Source: an uncultured Chitinophagales bacterium (GTDB lineage: Bacteria > Bacteroidota > Ignavibacteria > UBA10030 > UBA6906). From it: a DNA stretch of 64,000 nucleotides. Shown here piece by piece: positions 19,596-29,229 of this stretch (the stretch's first letter is position 1; each line of letters begins with the position of its first letter). A program made the position numbers and the translations under genes. Below the pieces are notes generated by a model. The model had not been told where the DNA came from. It saw only the letters and a program-made list of their open reading frames with translations, and made no database searches. The stretch is from NCBI GenBank assembly GCA_964539775.1, contig CAZIKE010000002.1, positions 7,273 to 71,272 on the forward strand. The letters are read 5' to 3'.

Positions 19596-21881
19596 ATGGC
19601 AATCTCGAGAGACGAAGATCTGGAACGCTTTTTCAACGATCCTGACTTCAGAAGGCAACAACTGAAACGTCAACGCATCAAGATGGCGCTGCGCCAGGTG
19701 CTGGTGGTAAGTGCTGTGGTGCTTGCCGGTGTAGGAGCGTTCGGCACCTATCTCGCGTCCGGCCTTCCATCGCTGGACAAGATCGAGAACCCGAAGCCGG
19801 AGCTCGCCACCAAGGTCTTTTCGAGCGATGGCGAGGTGCTCGACCATTTCTACATCAAGAACCGCTCGCAAGTGTCTCTTCATGAGATTCCCCAGCTTGT
19901 CGTCGACGCATTGATTGCAACCGAGGACAAGGATTTCTACAAGCATTGGGGGGTGGATCTGATCCGTTTCGGCAAGGCGATGGTGAAGAACCTCTTTTCG
20001 CTTCGCTTGAAGGAAGGTGCCAGCACCATTACCCAGCAACTTGCGCGCAATCTGTACCTTGGTAAGAGTGATCGGAACGCGTTCGACAAGGCGGTACGGA
20101 AGATGCGAGAGTTCATTACGTCCGTTCAACTCGAGCGGCGTTTTACGAAGGACGAGATCCTTGAGTTCTACTTCAATGTGGTCTATTTCGGGCGAGGGGC
20201 GTATGGGATTTCTTCGGCGTCGCAGGTGTACTTCGGCAAATCGCCTGCGGAACTCTCCTTAGGCCAAATCGCTACGCTCATTGCCGTACTGAAAGGTCCA
20301 AACTACTATGACCCGATTAACCATCCGGCGCGAGCCCTCGCGCGTCGCAACGTTGTGCTCTCACAAATGGAGAAGTACGGGTTCATCACGCCGGAACAGG
20401 AGGCGCAAGCGAGGGAAGAAAAGCTCGATATGAAGTCCGAAGACGAGATCCTCACGCCCGGCATCGCACCGCACTTTGTGGAATACGTCCGCCAGCAGAT
20501 GATGCAAAAGGCGGAGAAATACGGCTTCGACATGTACCGTGATGGGTTGAGCGTGTATACCACGCTGAACGCACGCATGCAGCGTTATGCGAACCAGGCT
20601 GTGGAGGAACATCTCACGCAATACCAGAAGATGTTCGACAAGATGTGGGACTGGAAGAAACATAAGGATGTCCTGCAGAACGTGATTGACCTCGCTGTGG
20701 CGACATCACCGGAATACCGGCGGGCCGCCACAGCTGAGGAGCGCGACAGTGTATCGCGGGCGCTCCGGGCCAACCAGGCCTGGGTCGACTCGATGGCGCG
20801 CATTGCCAAGCGCATCGAAGTTGGCTTTGTGGCTATCAACCCTACGGACGGGAATATTCTCGCCATGGTCGGCGGGTCGAACTTCCGGCAATTTAAGTAC
20901 GGGCTGAATCACGTAACACAAATCAAGCGGCAAGCAGGCTCAGCCTTCAAGCCCTTCGTCTATACGGTGGCTATCGATAACGGCTATCCGCCAACGTTCG
21001 AACTGTTGAATCAGCCTGTCACACTCATCATGGCGGACGGAAAGCGCTGGACGCCGGAGAATGATAACAAAGAGTTCGGTGGGAAGATGACGATCCGCGA
21101 GGGCTTGAAGAAATCCGTTAACCTCATTGCCGTCCGCGCTATTATGGATATCGCACCCAAGACGCAAGTCGTACAATATGCAAGGCGCATGGGGATAACG
21201 GCAAAACTGCCACCCTACGAATCGCTGGCATTGGGCGCGGCGGAGATCTCGCCGCTGGAAATGACAACCGCGTTTGGCGTCTTTGCCAACCGGGGTGTAT
21301 GGGTGGAGCCGATCTCCATCTTGCGTATTGAGGACAAGAACGGAAATGTCATCGAAGAAAACACCGCAACGAAGCGTGAGGTCTTGAGCGACGAAACTGC
21401 CTTTATCATGACATCGATGCTTCAGGATGTAGTGGACCAGGGAACGGGGCTTCGCGTACGCAACTTCTTTCATTTGCCTGCGGCAGGAAAGACGGGGACA
21501 ACCAACGATTATGCAGACGCCTGGTTCCTCGGCTTCACGCCCCACATTGTAGCAGGTGTGTGGGTAGGGTTCGATAACAAGACTGTGCGCTTCACGAATG
21601 CCGACGGCCAGGGTGGACGCGCGGCGGCTCCCATCTGGGGGAGGTTCATGAAGTACGTGTATGCCGACAAGAGCATCGGCCTGCCGTTAGAGAACTTTTC
21701 TCGACCATCCGGTGTGTTCGAGGATTCCATCTGTGTGACAACAAAGCAAATCGCGCGTGAGTTTTGCCCACAGAAGGCTGTGGAATATTTCACCGAGAGA
21801 ATGCGACCCGATAGCTGCTCGATCCACACCAGCGCGCATTGGAGGGACTTCCAGGAACTACCCGGAACGATCCGCTACTGA
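19596..21881 (+). CDS. mrcA: Class A penicillin-binding protein 1A (glycosyltransferase GT51 + transpeptidase)
   Basis: GT51 motifs (EDKDFYKHWGVD, ASTITQQLARNLYL), transpeptidase SxxK (GSAFKP), SxN and KTGT. Confidence 0.9.
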   Translation: MAISRDEDLERFFNDPDFRRQQLKRQRIKMALRQVLVVSAVVLAGVGAFGTYLASGLPSLDKIENPKPELATKVFSSDGEVLDHFYIKNRSQVSLHEIPQLVVDALIATEDKDFYKHWGVDLIRFGKAMVKNLFSLRLKEGASTITQQLARNLYLGKSDRNAFDKAVRKMREFITSVQLERRFTKDEILEFYFNVVYFGRGAYGISSASQVYFGKSPAELSLGQIATLIAVLKGPNYYDPINHPARALARRNVVLSQMEKYGFITPEQEAQAREEKLDMKSEDEILTPGIAPHFVEYVRQQMMQKAEKYGFDMYRDGLSVYTTLNARMQRYANQAVEEHLTQYQKMFDKMWDWKKHKDVLQNVIDLAVATSPEYRRAATAEERDSVSRALRANQAWVDSMARIAKRIEVGFVAINPTDGNILAMVGGSNFRQFKYGLNHVTQIKRQAGSAFKPFVYTVAIDNGYPPTFELLNQPVTLIMADGKRWTPENDNKEFGGKMTIREGLKKSVNLIAVRAIMDIAPKTQVVQYARRMGITAKLPPYESLALGAAEISPLEMTTAFGVFANRGVWVEPISILRIEDKNGNVIEENTATKREVLSDETAFIMTSMLQDVVDQGTGLRVRNFFHLPAAGKTGTTNDYADAWFLGFTPHIVAGVWVGFDNKTVRFTNADGQGGRAAAPIWGRFMKYVYADKSIGLPLENFSRPSGVFEDSICVTTKQIAREFCPQKAVEYFTERMRPDSCSIHTSAHWRDFQELPGTIRY

Positions 21882-21906
21882 GTACCGCACGGTTCAAAAA
21901 CACAGA

Positions 21907-21927
21907 TGCCCGCCACCGGGGCGGGCA
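21907..21927 (+). terminator. GC-rich hairpin downstream of PBP1A (putative intrinsic terminator, no U-tract)
   Basis: Perfect inverted repeat tGCCCGCC-ACCGG-GGCGGGCa, 26 nt after the mrcA stop, in a convergent intergenic region. Confidence 0.3.
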
Positions 21928-22265
21928 CCTGCGTCACCGTCGCCGCAATCCGCCACCACGGTTCAATCCACCCTCAACTCACGCTCAAAGATCTCATCGC
22001 TATCATCGTTGGGAAGAGGCGCGAGAGCTCTCTTTCGTTCTCTGATGAGTAACAGAGGAACCGAGGCGAGCGCAAGAAGAGCAAAGTACTTGAAAAACCT
22101 CATTTCATCCCACCTGTGTGTTTTGATATGACTGTCTGATGCTATCAAGAACATACAACGGAACCGTCCCGGGTACCGTGACATTCAACACACGCAGAGC
22201 ATCAGACGGGCTGGCTTTGGTGGTAGGGGGCTAAGAAGCCTTTCTCGGGAACGGAGTCTCATGTC

Positions 22266-24590
22266 CTATTGTGTAATTTTACGGACGAAATTCTGATCGC
22301 TCCGCAGCGTCAGCAGATCAAGGTCAAGAATCTGCTGCAATGAGAACCGCCGATACATTGCCTTCGCGAGAAGAGCATATGCCTCCGGAGCCGGTCCGCT
22401 CTGCAGAACGGCGGCACGAGCTGCATAATAGAGCGTTTCGTAGCTCTCGGGCGCAAGTGCCACTGCACGTGAACTTGCTACCATCCCCTCTTTGAAGTTC
22501 CCCATGCGCGTTTCGATAAGGGACAGATAGGAGTAAAGCCGGGGGTCTTGTGGGCGCGCTTTGAGGTGCTGCTGCACGAGCCTTCTGGCCCGTCCGAACG
22601 CTTCATCCCACAAGCTCTTCGGTTTCCCCGCAAGCTGATACATTCTGCCAAGATTGTAGAGTGCGGCAATAGTGTCGGATTCCGTTAAGAGGCGTTGCTT
22701 CACGACGTCTAATGCCTGCTCTCGCTGGTCATTGGCGACCAGCGCCGCTACATAGGCATCGGTGTAACTGCGCTCTTCCACGGGTTTGAGCGACCACTCC
22801 ACTTGAAGTGCCTGCAAAGCCGTTTGCGCATCGCCTATGAGAAGGCTGAGGTTCCCGAGCATAGCGTGAGAAACGGGATTGCGGGGATCGTGCAGAACGG
22901 CTTGACGTGCGGCCTCCAGCGCCTGCTCCGTTCTACCGACTCGCAGCAGGGCAAGAGCGAGGCGACGCTGCGCTTCCGCATCGCTGGGAGCCATGTCCAC
23001 CGCCTGGGTAAGTCTCTCGATTGCCCCATGGTACTGTGCGTTGTAGTATTCGATCATGCCCCACAGCGTGTACACGTCTGAGCCTCTTGCGCCCAAGCCA
23101 ATCCCGCGCTGAAGGTTTGCATGGGCTTGTTGAAGGAGTGATGGAGAAGTATCACGCGACGCTTCATACACCAGAACACGAGCCTGTCCCCAAAGAATCT
23201 GCGCTGCGGCAAAGAGCGAGTCTTGCCCTATGGCGTCCTGTAGCACGCGCATTGCCGAATCAAGAGTAGCCGGCTCCTGGCGCTGGATCAACGCGCGGGC
23301 AAGAAGATATGACTCGTAGGTCCTTCCCAGGGGCGTGTACTTTGCTAAAGCCGTTTGTGGCTCGTCGCTTTGTATGCCCATCGCGCGCGTTAGCGCCGGA
23401 ATCGCTTCGTTACGGACGACTGCAAGCCGATTCCTCCGCAGTGCATATGTGTTCTCTGCCGCGATACGACCTTGTGACAGCTCTCGCAGCGAGAATTGAA
23501 CATGAACGGAATCGTTTCCGGCAAGAGTACTCAGCGTCAAAACGTACTCTGCGCCGATCTCTTGAGCCAGGCGTGTACCGTCGATGTCGCTCTTGTGACG
23601 GTGCAGGCTGGTGGCTGTTGCGAACACATCCACGTCCCGGAGCTGGGAAAGCCGGCTCGCAAGGTCGTCGGCCAATCCAATTGTCAGATCGTCAGAGGTG
23701 TTCTGGTCATTGACGTAACCAACAGGGATGATGAGCAGCGACGCTCGCTCGCGAAAGACTGTGTTGCGAAGATGATGATAGATCACCGAGGCCGTCTGCA
23801 ACCCCAAAAACACAAGTACGCCCGCCAACACGACGCTCAACTTATGTCTCGCCAGAAAACTCCCTGCCATCGACACAACCGTCGTCGGAATAGGAGAGTC
23901 GGAGTCGTGAGCATCTGTGGGCGGCGATGGTGGTGGAGTTACCCGTTCAATCTGCTGTGCTGTCGGTGGCGTGTTGATGGGCAAGGAAGGCTGCACACCG
24001 GGAATGGGTTGTTGTTGCTCTTCAAGCCGTCTCCTGTTTTCTTCGGCGACAAGGCGCTCGGCAAGTTCTTTTGCCTTTCCGACATCGCGTCGAAGCTGAA
24101 GAGCGGTGGGGTTCTCTGGGTCAAGCGTCAGCAGCGTTGTGATCTTCTGCGTTGCTTCGTCGTACTGCTCACGCTGGTATGCCTCCGTTGCTTCGCTGAG
24201 CAATGTCGCGATCTGCGATCTCTCTTCGGCAAGCCGGGCAGCACGCAAGTGCTTCTGCGCGGCTGATTCCTTTAACCTGTCGATCTCGGCACCGAACTGA
24301 TCCACGACCGGATCATCGGGCAGGAGCGCAGCGAGTTCACCGTGTAACGCGGATGCTCGTTCCAGGTCGTTGTTCACAAGTGCCTGTGCCAGCTCGTCAC
24401 GCAGATCCGTTACCTCGGAGCCATGCAGGACGTCCAGGGCAGGGGCAGACGAATCGGTTGACGGCAGCAATGGGGTGGGGGTTTCGAGGGCAAGCTTCAA
24501 CTCCTCCGCTTCAATCCGTGCAAGCTCGGCGTTTTCTGCCCGCCTACGGATTTCCTCCAGAAGCTGCCGCGCGCGCTCATCAGCGAACAT
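22266..24590 (-). CDS. TPR-repeat protein with N-terminal coiled coil, TM anchor and TolB-N-like domain (paralog-like of 11291-13162)
   Basis: Coiled-coil N-terminus, Pro-rich linker, TM helix, LIIPVGYVNDQNTSDDLTIGLADDLASRL...YVLTLS fold, then TPR repeats. Confidence 0.6.
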   Translation of the reverse strand: MFADERARQLLEEIRRRAENAELARIEAEELKLALETPTPLLPSTDSSAPALDVLHGSEVTDLRDELAQALVNNDLERASALHGELAALLPDDPVVDQFGAEIDRLKESAAQKHLRAARLAEERSQIATLLSEATEAYQREQYDEATQKITTLLTLDPENPTALQLRRDVGKAKELAERLVAEENRRRLEEQQQPIPGVQPSLPINTPPTAQQIERVTPPPSPPTDAHDSDSPIPTTVVSMAGSFLARHKLSVVLAGVLVFLGLQTASVIYHHLRNTVFRERASLLIIPVGYVNDQNTSDDLTIGLADDLASRLSQLRDVDVFATATSLHRHKSDIDGTRLAQEIGAEYVLTLSTLAGNDSVHVQFSLRELSQGRIAAENTYALRRNRLAVVRNEAIPALTRAMGIQSDEPQTALAKYTPLGRTYESYLLARALIQRQEPATLDSAMRVLQDAIGQDSLFAAAQILWGQARVLVYEASRDTSPSLLQQAHANLQRGIGLGARGSDVYTLWGMIEYYNAQYHGAIERLTQAVDMAPSDAEAQRRLALALLRVGRTEQALEAARQAVLHDPRNPVSHAMLGNLSLLIGDAQTALQALQVEWSLKPVEERSYTDAYVAALVANDQREQALDVVKQRLLTESDTIAALYNLGRMYQLAGKPKSLWDEAFGRARRLVQQHLKARPQDPRLYSYLSLIETRMGNFKEGMVASSRAVALAPESYETLYYAARAAVLQSGPAPEAYALLAKAMYRRFSLQQILDLDLLTLRSDQNFVRKITQ

Positions 24591-24715
24591 AATTCCTCTC
24601 CGATACCATACTCTGCCCGAGAATCTTCAAAACACTCATCTGCGAGAGAACAGGTGCAAGCGGTCTGCCAAACCTGTGCTCTCCTCCATATTGTATATCG
24701 GAAGATGGGGGACAG

Positions 24716-25228
24716 TTATTTAGACTGAGCATCAGCGAGAATGGCAAGCACGTCCTCTTCCAGCGAGGTGTGTGGCGCCTCAACGATGCGTCCGATTTCC
24801 TTTCCGTCCTTGAAAAAAATAAACGTGGGCACACGTTCGATCTGGAATTGATCGGTTACACCGTCGGAACTTTTCTTGCTCCGGTCGACCCCGTAGAACT
24901 TTAGATGAGTAGGGGGAATGGAGGAAAGATCGGCAAGCTTGAGAAACCTCGGCACGTGTTGCTTGCTATCGCTGCACCAGGTGCCTAAGACAACCACGAT
25001 ATTGACGTCGGAATGCAGCAGTCGAATCATCTCGATGAAATGTTCTTCAATGTGCGTCGAGTCGTAGACCTGCAGAAAGCGTGGATAGGCCGATGTCATG
25101 AAATCGTGTCGCTGAATCCATCCGAGCGCCATCTCCTCGCTCGACGAGGATTGGGCTTCCCGGCTTGAGGTGCATCCTGATCCAACGATGAGGAGGAATG
25201 TGGCGATGAATATCGGCAAACGTTCCAT
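24716..25228 (-). CDS. Thioredoxin-fold lipoprotein (TlpA/thioredoxin-like, single-Cys WCSDS motif)
   Basis: Lipobox VGSGC. VVVLGTWCSDSKQHVP and VPTFIFFKDGKEIGRI are thioredoxin-fold hallmarks. Confidence 0.6.
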   Translation of the reverse strand: MERLPIFIATFLLIVGSGCTSSREAQSSSSEEMALGWIQRHDFMTSAYPRFLQVYDSTHIEEHFIEMIRLLHSDVNIVVVLGTWCSDSKQHVPRFLKLADLSSIPPTHLKFYGVDRSKKSSDGVTDQFQIERVPTFIFFKDGKEIGRIVEAPHTSLEEDVLAILADAQSK

Positions 25229-25325
25229 CAGGTGTCGGTCCTTTTATTTGTTTTCAGAACTGAATCAGCTATATTTAGTTCCACACACAAGGTAGCGACG
25301 CAGCGAATCAAACTCAACGATCACC

Positions 25326-25736
25326 ATGGCCAAGCCGTTCGATAGACGATACGACGTAGAAGATACCTCACACATCGACAGAGGAGCGCTGGAGACCTTC
25401 CGGTACGAGTATCCCGGCAAGGATATCGTGATCACCATTAGCACGGATGAATTTACAGCGGTGTGTCCCTGGTCGGGGTTACCGGACTTCGGAACGGTGA
25501 GGATCGAGTACATTCCGGACAAGGTTGTTATCGAGCTTCGGTCGCTGAAGTACTACCTGCTTTCATACCGGCCTGTGGGGATTTATCAGGAGCATGCCGT
25601 CAACCGGATTCTTGAAGATCTTGTTCGTTGTGCGAAACCCAAGTGGATGAAGGTCGAACTTGATTACAAGATTCGCGGCGGTATTCACGCGGTTGCGAGC
25701 CGTGAGTACAACGGGAAGCGTCGGCGTGTGCGGTAA
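25326..25736 (+). CDS. queF: NADPH-dependent 7-cyano-7-deazaguanine (preQ0) reductase QueF, type I
   Basis: FTAVCPWSGLPDFGTVRIEYIP (catalytic Cys) and ELRSLKYYLLSYR (QueF motif E-x-K-x-x-K-x-Y). Confidence 0.9.
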   Translation: MAKPFDRRYDVEDTSHIDRGALETFRYEYPGKDIVITISTDEFTAVCPWSGLPDFGTVRIEYIPDKVVIELRSLKYYLLSYRPVGIYQEHAVNRILEDLVRCAKPKWMKVELDYKIRGGIHAVASREYNGKRRRVR

Positions 25737-25828
25737 GTATGGGACGTGCATTTCCGACCGCGCTTTATGTTGTGTGTGCGTCAAGAGCGAACGTCACCGG
25801 GCGGTGTTGTTCATCTATGCGCTGACGC

Positions 25829-26611
25829 TTACCCTTTTGCCCCACTGAAGTAACGCTTCAGAAAAACTGCTTCCTTTACATTGTCGTGGAGCCTTCTGGC
25901 AATCCTGAGGGCTCGCAAGTCGATGGTGAACGTAATAAGATGGCGGTTCGTCTGGCTTCTGTTCGAAGCGAGAAGCTTGCCAAGTGGATCGAAGGCGTAG
26001 GAGTACCCTCCTTCGGTGTCTGTTGCGTTACAGCCAAGGACAAAGATTTGGTTCTCGATAGCGCGGGCTTTGAGAAGGGTTTGCCATGCGCTATCCCGCG
26101 CACGCGGCCAGCGGGCGGGAACGAGTAACACATCCATTCCCCTCTGTACCATCACCCGGAGAAGTTCAGGGAACCTCAGGTCGTAGCAGATGATAACACC
26201 TCCTCGTATGACGCGCTTTTTCGTGCGAATCGCAAAGGTTCCGGCGTTCAGCCTCCCGGGGTGAAAATACCGGCGGTCGTCTGTGGGTCGGAACAGGTGG
26301 ATTTTATCGTAGCGATGTATGAGCTTTCCGTTCGAGAAGACAAGCGTGGAATTGGTTGGCGACGGACTGTTCTCGTGAAGGAACACGCTGCCGGCAACAA
26401 TCGTGCATCCAAGGACTCGAGAAGAAACTCTGATGGTAGAGAGAAGCGGGCTGTTCAACCTGTGCGGCTGCGCCCCGTGGCGCAATGCCGCGTAGCCCCC
26501 GTCGACCAGCTCCGGGAGAAGGAGGATGTCGAGCGAAGAAATGAGACGAGCATAGTGCGGGTGTCTGAGCACATCGGCATGAAAGCCAAAGCCGACACGC
26601 ACTATGCTCAT
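25829..26611 (-). CDS. Carbon-nitrogen hydrolase family protein (nitrilase/omega-amidase-like)
   Basis: Catalytic Cys context GGVIICYDLRFPE, plus conserved Glu and Lys regions of CN_hydrolase. Confidence 0.75.
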   Translation of the reverse strand: MSIVRVGFGFHADVLRHPHYARLISSLDILLLPELVDGGYAALRHGAQPHRLNSPLLSTIRVSSRVLGCTIVAGSVFLHENSPSPTNSTLVFSNGKLIHRYDKIHLFRPTDDRRYFHPGRLNAGTFAIRTKKRVIRGGVIICYDLRFPELLRVMVQRGMDVLLVPARWPRARDSAWQTLLKARAIENQIFVLGCNATDTEGGYSYAFDPLGKLLASNRSQTNRHLITFTIDLRALRIARRLHDNVKEAVFLKRYFSGAKG

Positions 26612-26617
26612 GGTGAG

Positions 26618-26827
26618 TTACTTGCGGGAGATGTTGATGGCGCGTTTTCCTTTCTGCTCCGTCTTCACTTCGAACGTTACCAAATCCCCTTGCCGCAGTT
26701 GATCGCGGAAACCGGTCTGCTTTACGTTGCTTTGGTGAAAGAAAATATCTTCTCCGCCATCCACGGTGATGAATCCGAACCCCTTTGTTGCATTGAAGAA
26801 TTTAACAGTGCCTTCCATAATATACAT
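26618..26827 (-). CDS. Cold-shock protein (CspA family)
   Basis: MEGTVKFFNATKGFGFITVDGGEDIFFHQSNV (RNP1/RNP2 motifs). Confidence 0.92.
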   Translation of the reverse strand: MYIMEGTVKFFNATKGFGFITVDGGEDIFFHQSNVKQTGFRDQLRQGDLVTFEVKTEQKGKRAINISRK

Positions 26828-26851
26828 CCCTCTTCCTAATGATTGACATGA

Positions 26852-26897
26852 GAACAGAAAGCCCCAGTCCGCGCTAGGTCGGGGACCGGGGCTGTTC
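26852..26897 (-). terminator. Imperfect hairpin between the two csp genes (putative terminator of upstream csp)
   Basis: Inverted repeat gaacag...gccccagtcc / ggaccggggc...ctgttc, 23 nt downstream of the csp stop at 26920. Confidence 0.3.
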
Positions 26898-26919
26898 TGC
26901 GTATACTTGGTTAACGTGC

Positions 26920-27120
26920 TTATATCTTGGTCACGTTCGAAGCCTGCAAACCCTTCGGTCCCTTTTCGACGTCGAACTGGACCTTGTCCCCCTCGTTAAG
27001 GGTCTTGTACCCCTCACCAACGATGGCCTTGTAGTGGACGAACACGTCTTCACCGCTGGAACGCTGAATGAAACCGAAGCCTTTGGCCCCGTTGAACCAC
27101 TTGACTGTTCCTGTTTCCAT
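26920..27120 (-). CDS. Cold-shock protein (CspA family)
   Basis: [33 protein letters not shown]. Confidence 0.92.
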   Translation of the reverse strand: METGTVKWFNGAKGFGFIQRSSGEDVFVHYKAIVGEGYKTLNEGDKVQFDVEKGPKGLQASNVTKI

Positions 27121-27500
27121 AGGAACATCCTTTCAAAGAAGTTATACATGCTGTACGGCAGAGCCGCCCCCGTGGGGCACCAGATTTATTGCCTCTTAAT
27201 AGCCAACAGCTCTGGTAGCGGGTGTCCACACTCGACTATCACCGCTGTTTTGCCGTCCGCCGAACATTCTCTCGAACTTCTTTGCGGGAACGGAACCATT
27301 AAAAGTGCAAAAACGGTGTACTGTTGTTTGCGTGCTCAAGATAGCAGTTTTGAAGTCGAATTGCAAGTAGGTGAGGACAGCAGACCAGGAGAGGAAAAAG
27401 GAGGCTTGAAAGGCCGAAAGGACAGAACGTATCGCCGCGCTCTGCCCTCTCCAGCGAAATCTGTTCCCCTCCCACCGAAGGGAACAACGCACTGTATTGG
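27121..27500 (-). promoter_or_regulatory. Long AT-richer 5' leader/promoter region upstream of csp (cold-shock genes typically have long structured 5' UTRs)
   Basis: ~380 nt non-coding, locally lower GC, immediately upstream of the csp start. Confidence 0.3.
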
Positions 27501-27501
27501 T

Positions 27502-27663
27502 TCAACTCGTGATGAGGTCGTCCACGTCGTACAGGAGATTCACATCCACAGCCTGGCCGTTCGGCCGTAGTGCGACGGGCACTGCCATGTGCTTGCGCCG
27601 TGCGAAAATCAGGGGGATGGCTACCAGCACGCCGATCAGCGTGGTGATAGTAAGCGTCTTCAT
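27502..27663 (-). CDS. Small hypothetical membrane-anchored protein (53 aa)
   Basis: MKTLTITTLIGVLVAIPLIFARRK: one TM helix plus a short tail. Weak, no homology recognised. Confidence 0.25.
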   Translation of the reverse strand: MKTLTITTLIGVLVAIPLIFARRKHMAVPVALRPNGQAVDVNLLYDVDDLITS

Positions 27664-27677
27664 GCTTTGTCCTTTGG

Positions 27678-27827
27678 TTACTGAATACACATAAACACTT
27701 CGTCGTTCAGAGTGCTGCTGTAGGTAATGGCGTACCAAGCTTGCACGTCGATTTCCTCCATCAGAATCATCTCCAGAAACTCTCGCTCATCTTTCGAGAG
27801 TTCGTTGAACCGATACAGCTTTTTCAT
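27678..27827 (-). CDS. Small hypothetical acidic protein (49 aa), not in the ORF track (<60 aa)
   Basis: ATG..TAA ORF MKKLYRFNELSKDEREFLEMILMEEIDVQAWYAITYSSTLNDEVFMCIQ, immediately upstream of and co-directional with the 53-aa TM ORF. Confidence 0.2.
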   Translation of the reverse strand: MKKLYRFNELSKDEREFLEMILMEEIDVQAWYAITYSSTLNDEVFMCIQ

Positions 27828-28143
27828 GGCATCCCCCGCCTGTTATATGGTGAATTCTCCTTTCACCTATCTCTTTGTACGAAATGTGTGCCAGAAAAGA
27901 TTCTCTCCGTTTTCTTCATCTTGTGTGCTATACGAGCACAATCGTGGACAAGACAGGAAGATTTTGCCTGTTTCAACACACACCATAGAGAATTTCTTAC
28001 AACCGCGTGTGATGCCGGTGTGCTTTCAATTCAACGAGAATTTTCCTATGTTGAATACGAATCAGGCATCGTTCTCCCCTACGGAAGCCCCGATTCCCGG
28101 AAAAACTCATCCCGTGTGTGCACATCACTGAAGGAGACCTCTT

Positions 28144-29199
28144 ATGCTGAAAGATATCGAGCAACTTCTTGGCGCTGATTCGAAGTACCTCCTGGAACAT
28201 CAGTGTAAGACAATTCCCAAAGAAGCACTTCACCTCCCAGGACCGGACTTCGTGGACCGTGTATGGGTGGGAAGTGATAGGAAGCCGGGCGTGCTGCGGA
28301 GCTTGCAACAGATGTTCAATCACGGAAGGCTTGCTGCCACCGGCTATCTCTCCATTCTTCCTGTTGACCAGGGGATCGAACATTCTGCGGGAGCCTCGTT
28401 TGCTCCGAATCCTATCTACTTCGATCCGGAGAACATCGTCAAACTCGCGCTGGAAGGCGGCTGCAATGCCGTTGCCTCCACGCTCGGTGTGCTTGGCTCC
28501 GTTGCACGTAAGTATGCGCACAAAATCCCCTTCATTCTGAAGTTCAATCACAACGAGTTCATTTCCTATCCGAACACGTACGACCAGATTATCTTTGCGA
28601 GCATCGATCAGGCGTTCGATATGGGGTGCGTCGCGGTCGGTGCGACGATCTACTATGGTTCGGAAGAATCGAAGCGGCAGATTCAGGAGGTGACGGAGGC
28701 ATTTCGCTACGCGCACGAGTTAGGCATGGCGACTGTCCTCTGGTGCTATCTGCGCAACCCTGCCTTCAAGACCAAAGAAAAGGACTACCACGTCTCGGCC
28801 GACCTAACCGGACAGGCGAACCACCTTGGTGTCACGATCGAGGCGGACATCATTAAGCAAAAGCTTCCCGAGAACAACGGTGGATACAACGCGCTGAACT
28901 TCGGGAAGACGCACAAGAAAGTGTACGAGCAGTTGACGAGCGATCACCCGATTGACCTGACGCGCTACCAGGTTGCCAACTGCTACATGGGACGTGCCGG
29001 GCTGATCAACTCCGGCGGTGCTTCGGCCGGTGAGAGCGACCTTGCCGAGGCTGCACGCACTGCAGTCATCAATAAGCGTGCTGGAGGGATGGGCTTGATT
29101 TCCGGACGCAAGGCCTTCCAGCGCCCGATGGCAGAAGGCGTGAAGATTCTCAACACCATTCAAGACGTGTACTTGACGAAGGAGATCACCATCGCGTAA
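28144..29199 (+). CDS. fbaB: Class I fructose-bisphosphate aldolase (DhnA/FbaB type)
   Basis: 350 aa. [11 protein letters not shown] and the overall pattern match E. coli FbaB-type class I aldolases. Confidence 0.75.
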   Translation: MLKDIEQLLGADSKYLLEHQCKTIPKEALHLPGPDFVDRVWVGSDRKPGVLRSLQQMFNHGRLAATGYLSILPVDQGIEHSAGASFAPNPIYFDPENIVKLALEGGCNAVASTLGVLGSVARKYAHKIPFILKFNHNEFISYPNTYDQIIFASIDQAFDMGCVAVGATIYYGSEESKRQIQEVTEAFRYAHELGMATVLWCYLRNPAFKTKEKDYHVSADLTGQANHLGVTIEADIIKQKLPENNGGYNALNFGKTHKKVYEQLTSDHPIDLTRYQVANCYMGRAGLINSGGASAGESDLAEAARTAVINKRAGGMGLISGRKAFQRPMAEGVKILNTIQDVYLTKEITIA

Positions 29200-29229
29200 G
29201 CACACCAAACCAATTACCAAAGGCACCGC

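Noticed and set aside
25229-25325. PreQ1 riboswitch upstream of queF
   Set aside because: The 97-nt leader does not match PreQ1-I (AGAGGUUCUAG...CUA) or PreQ1-II consensus elements. Its hairpin potential is weak.
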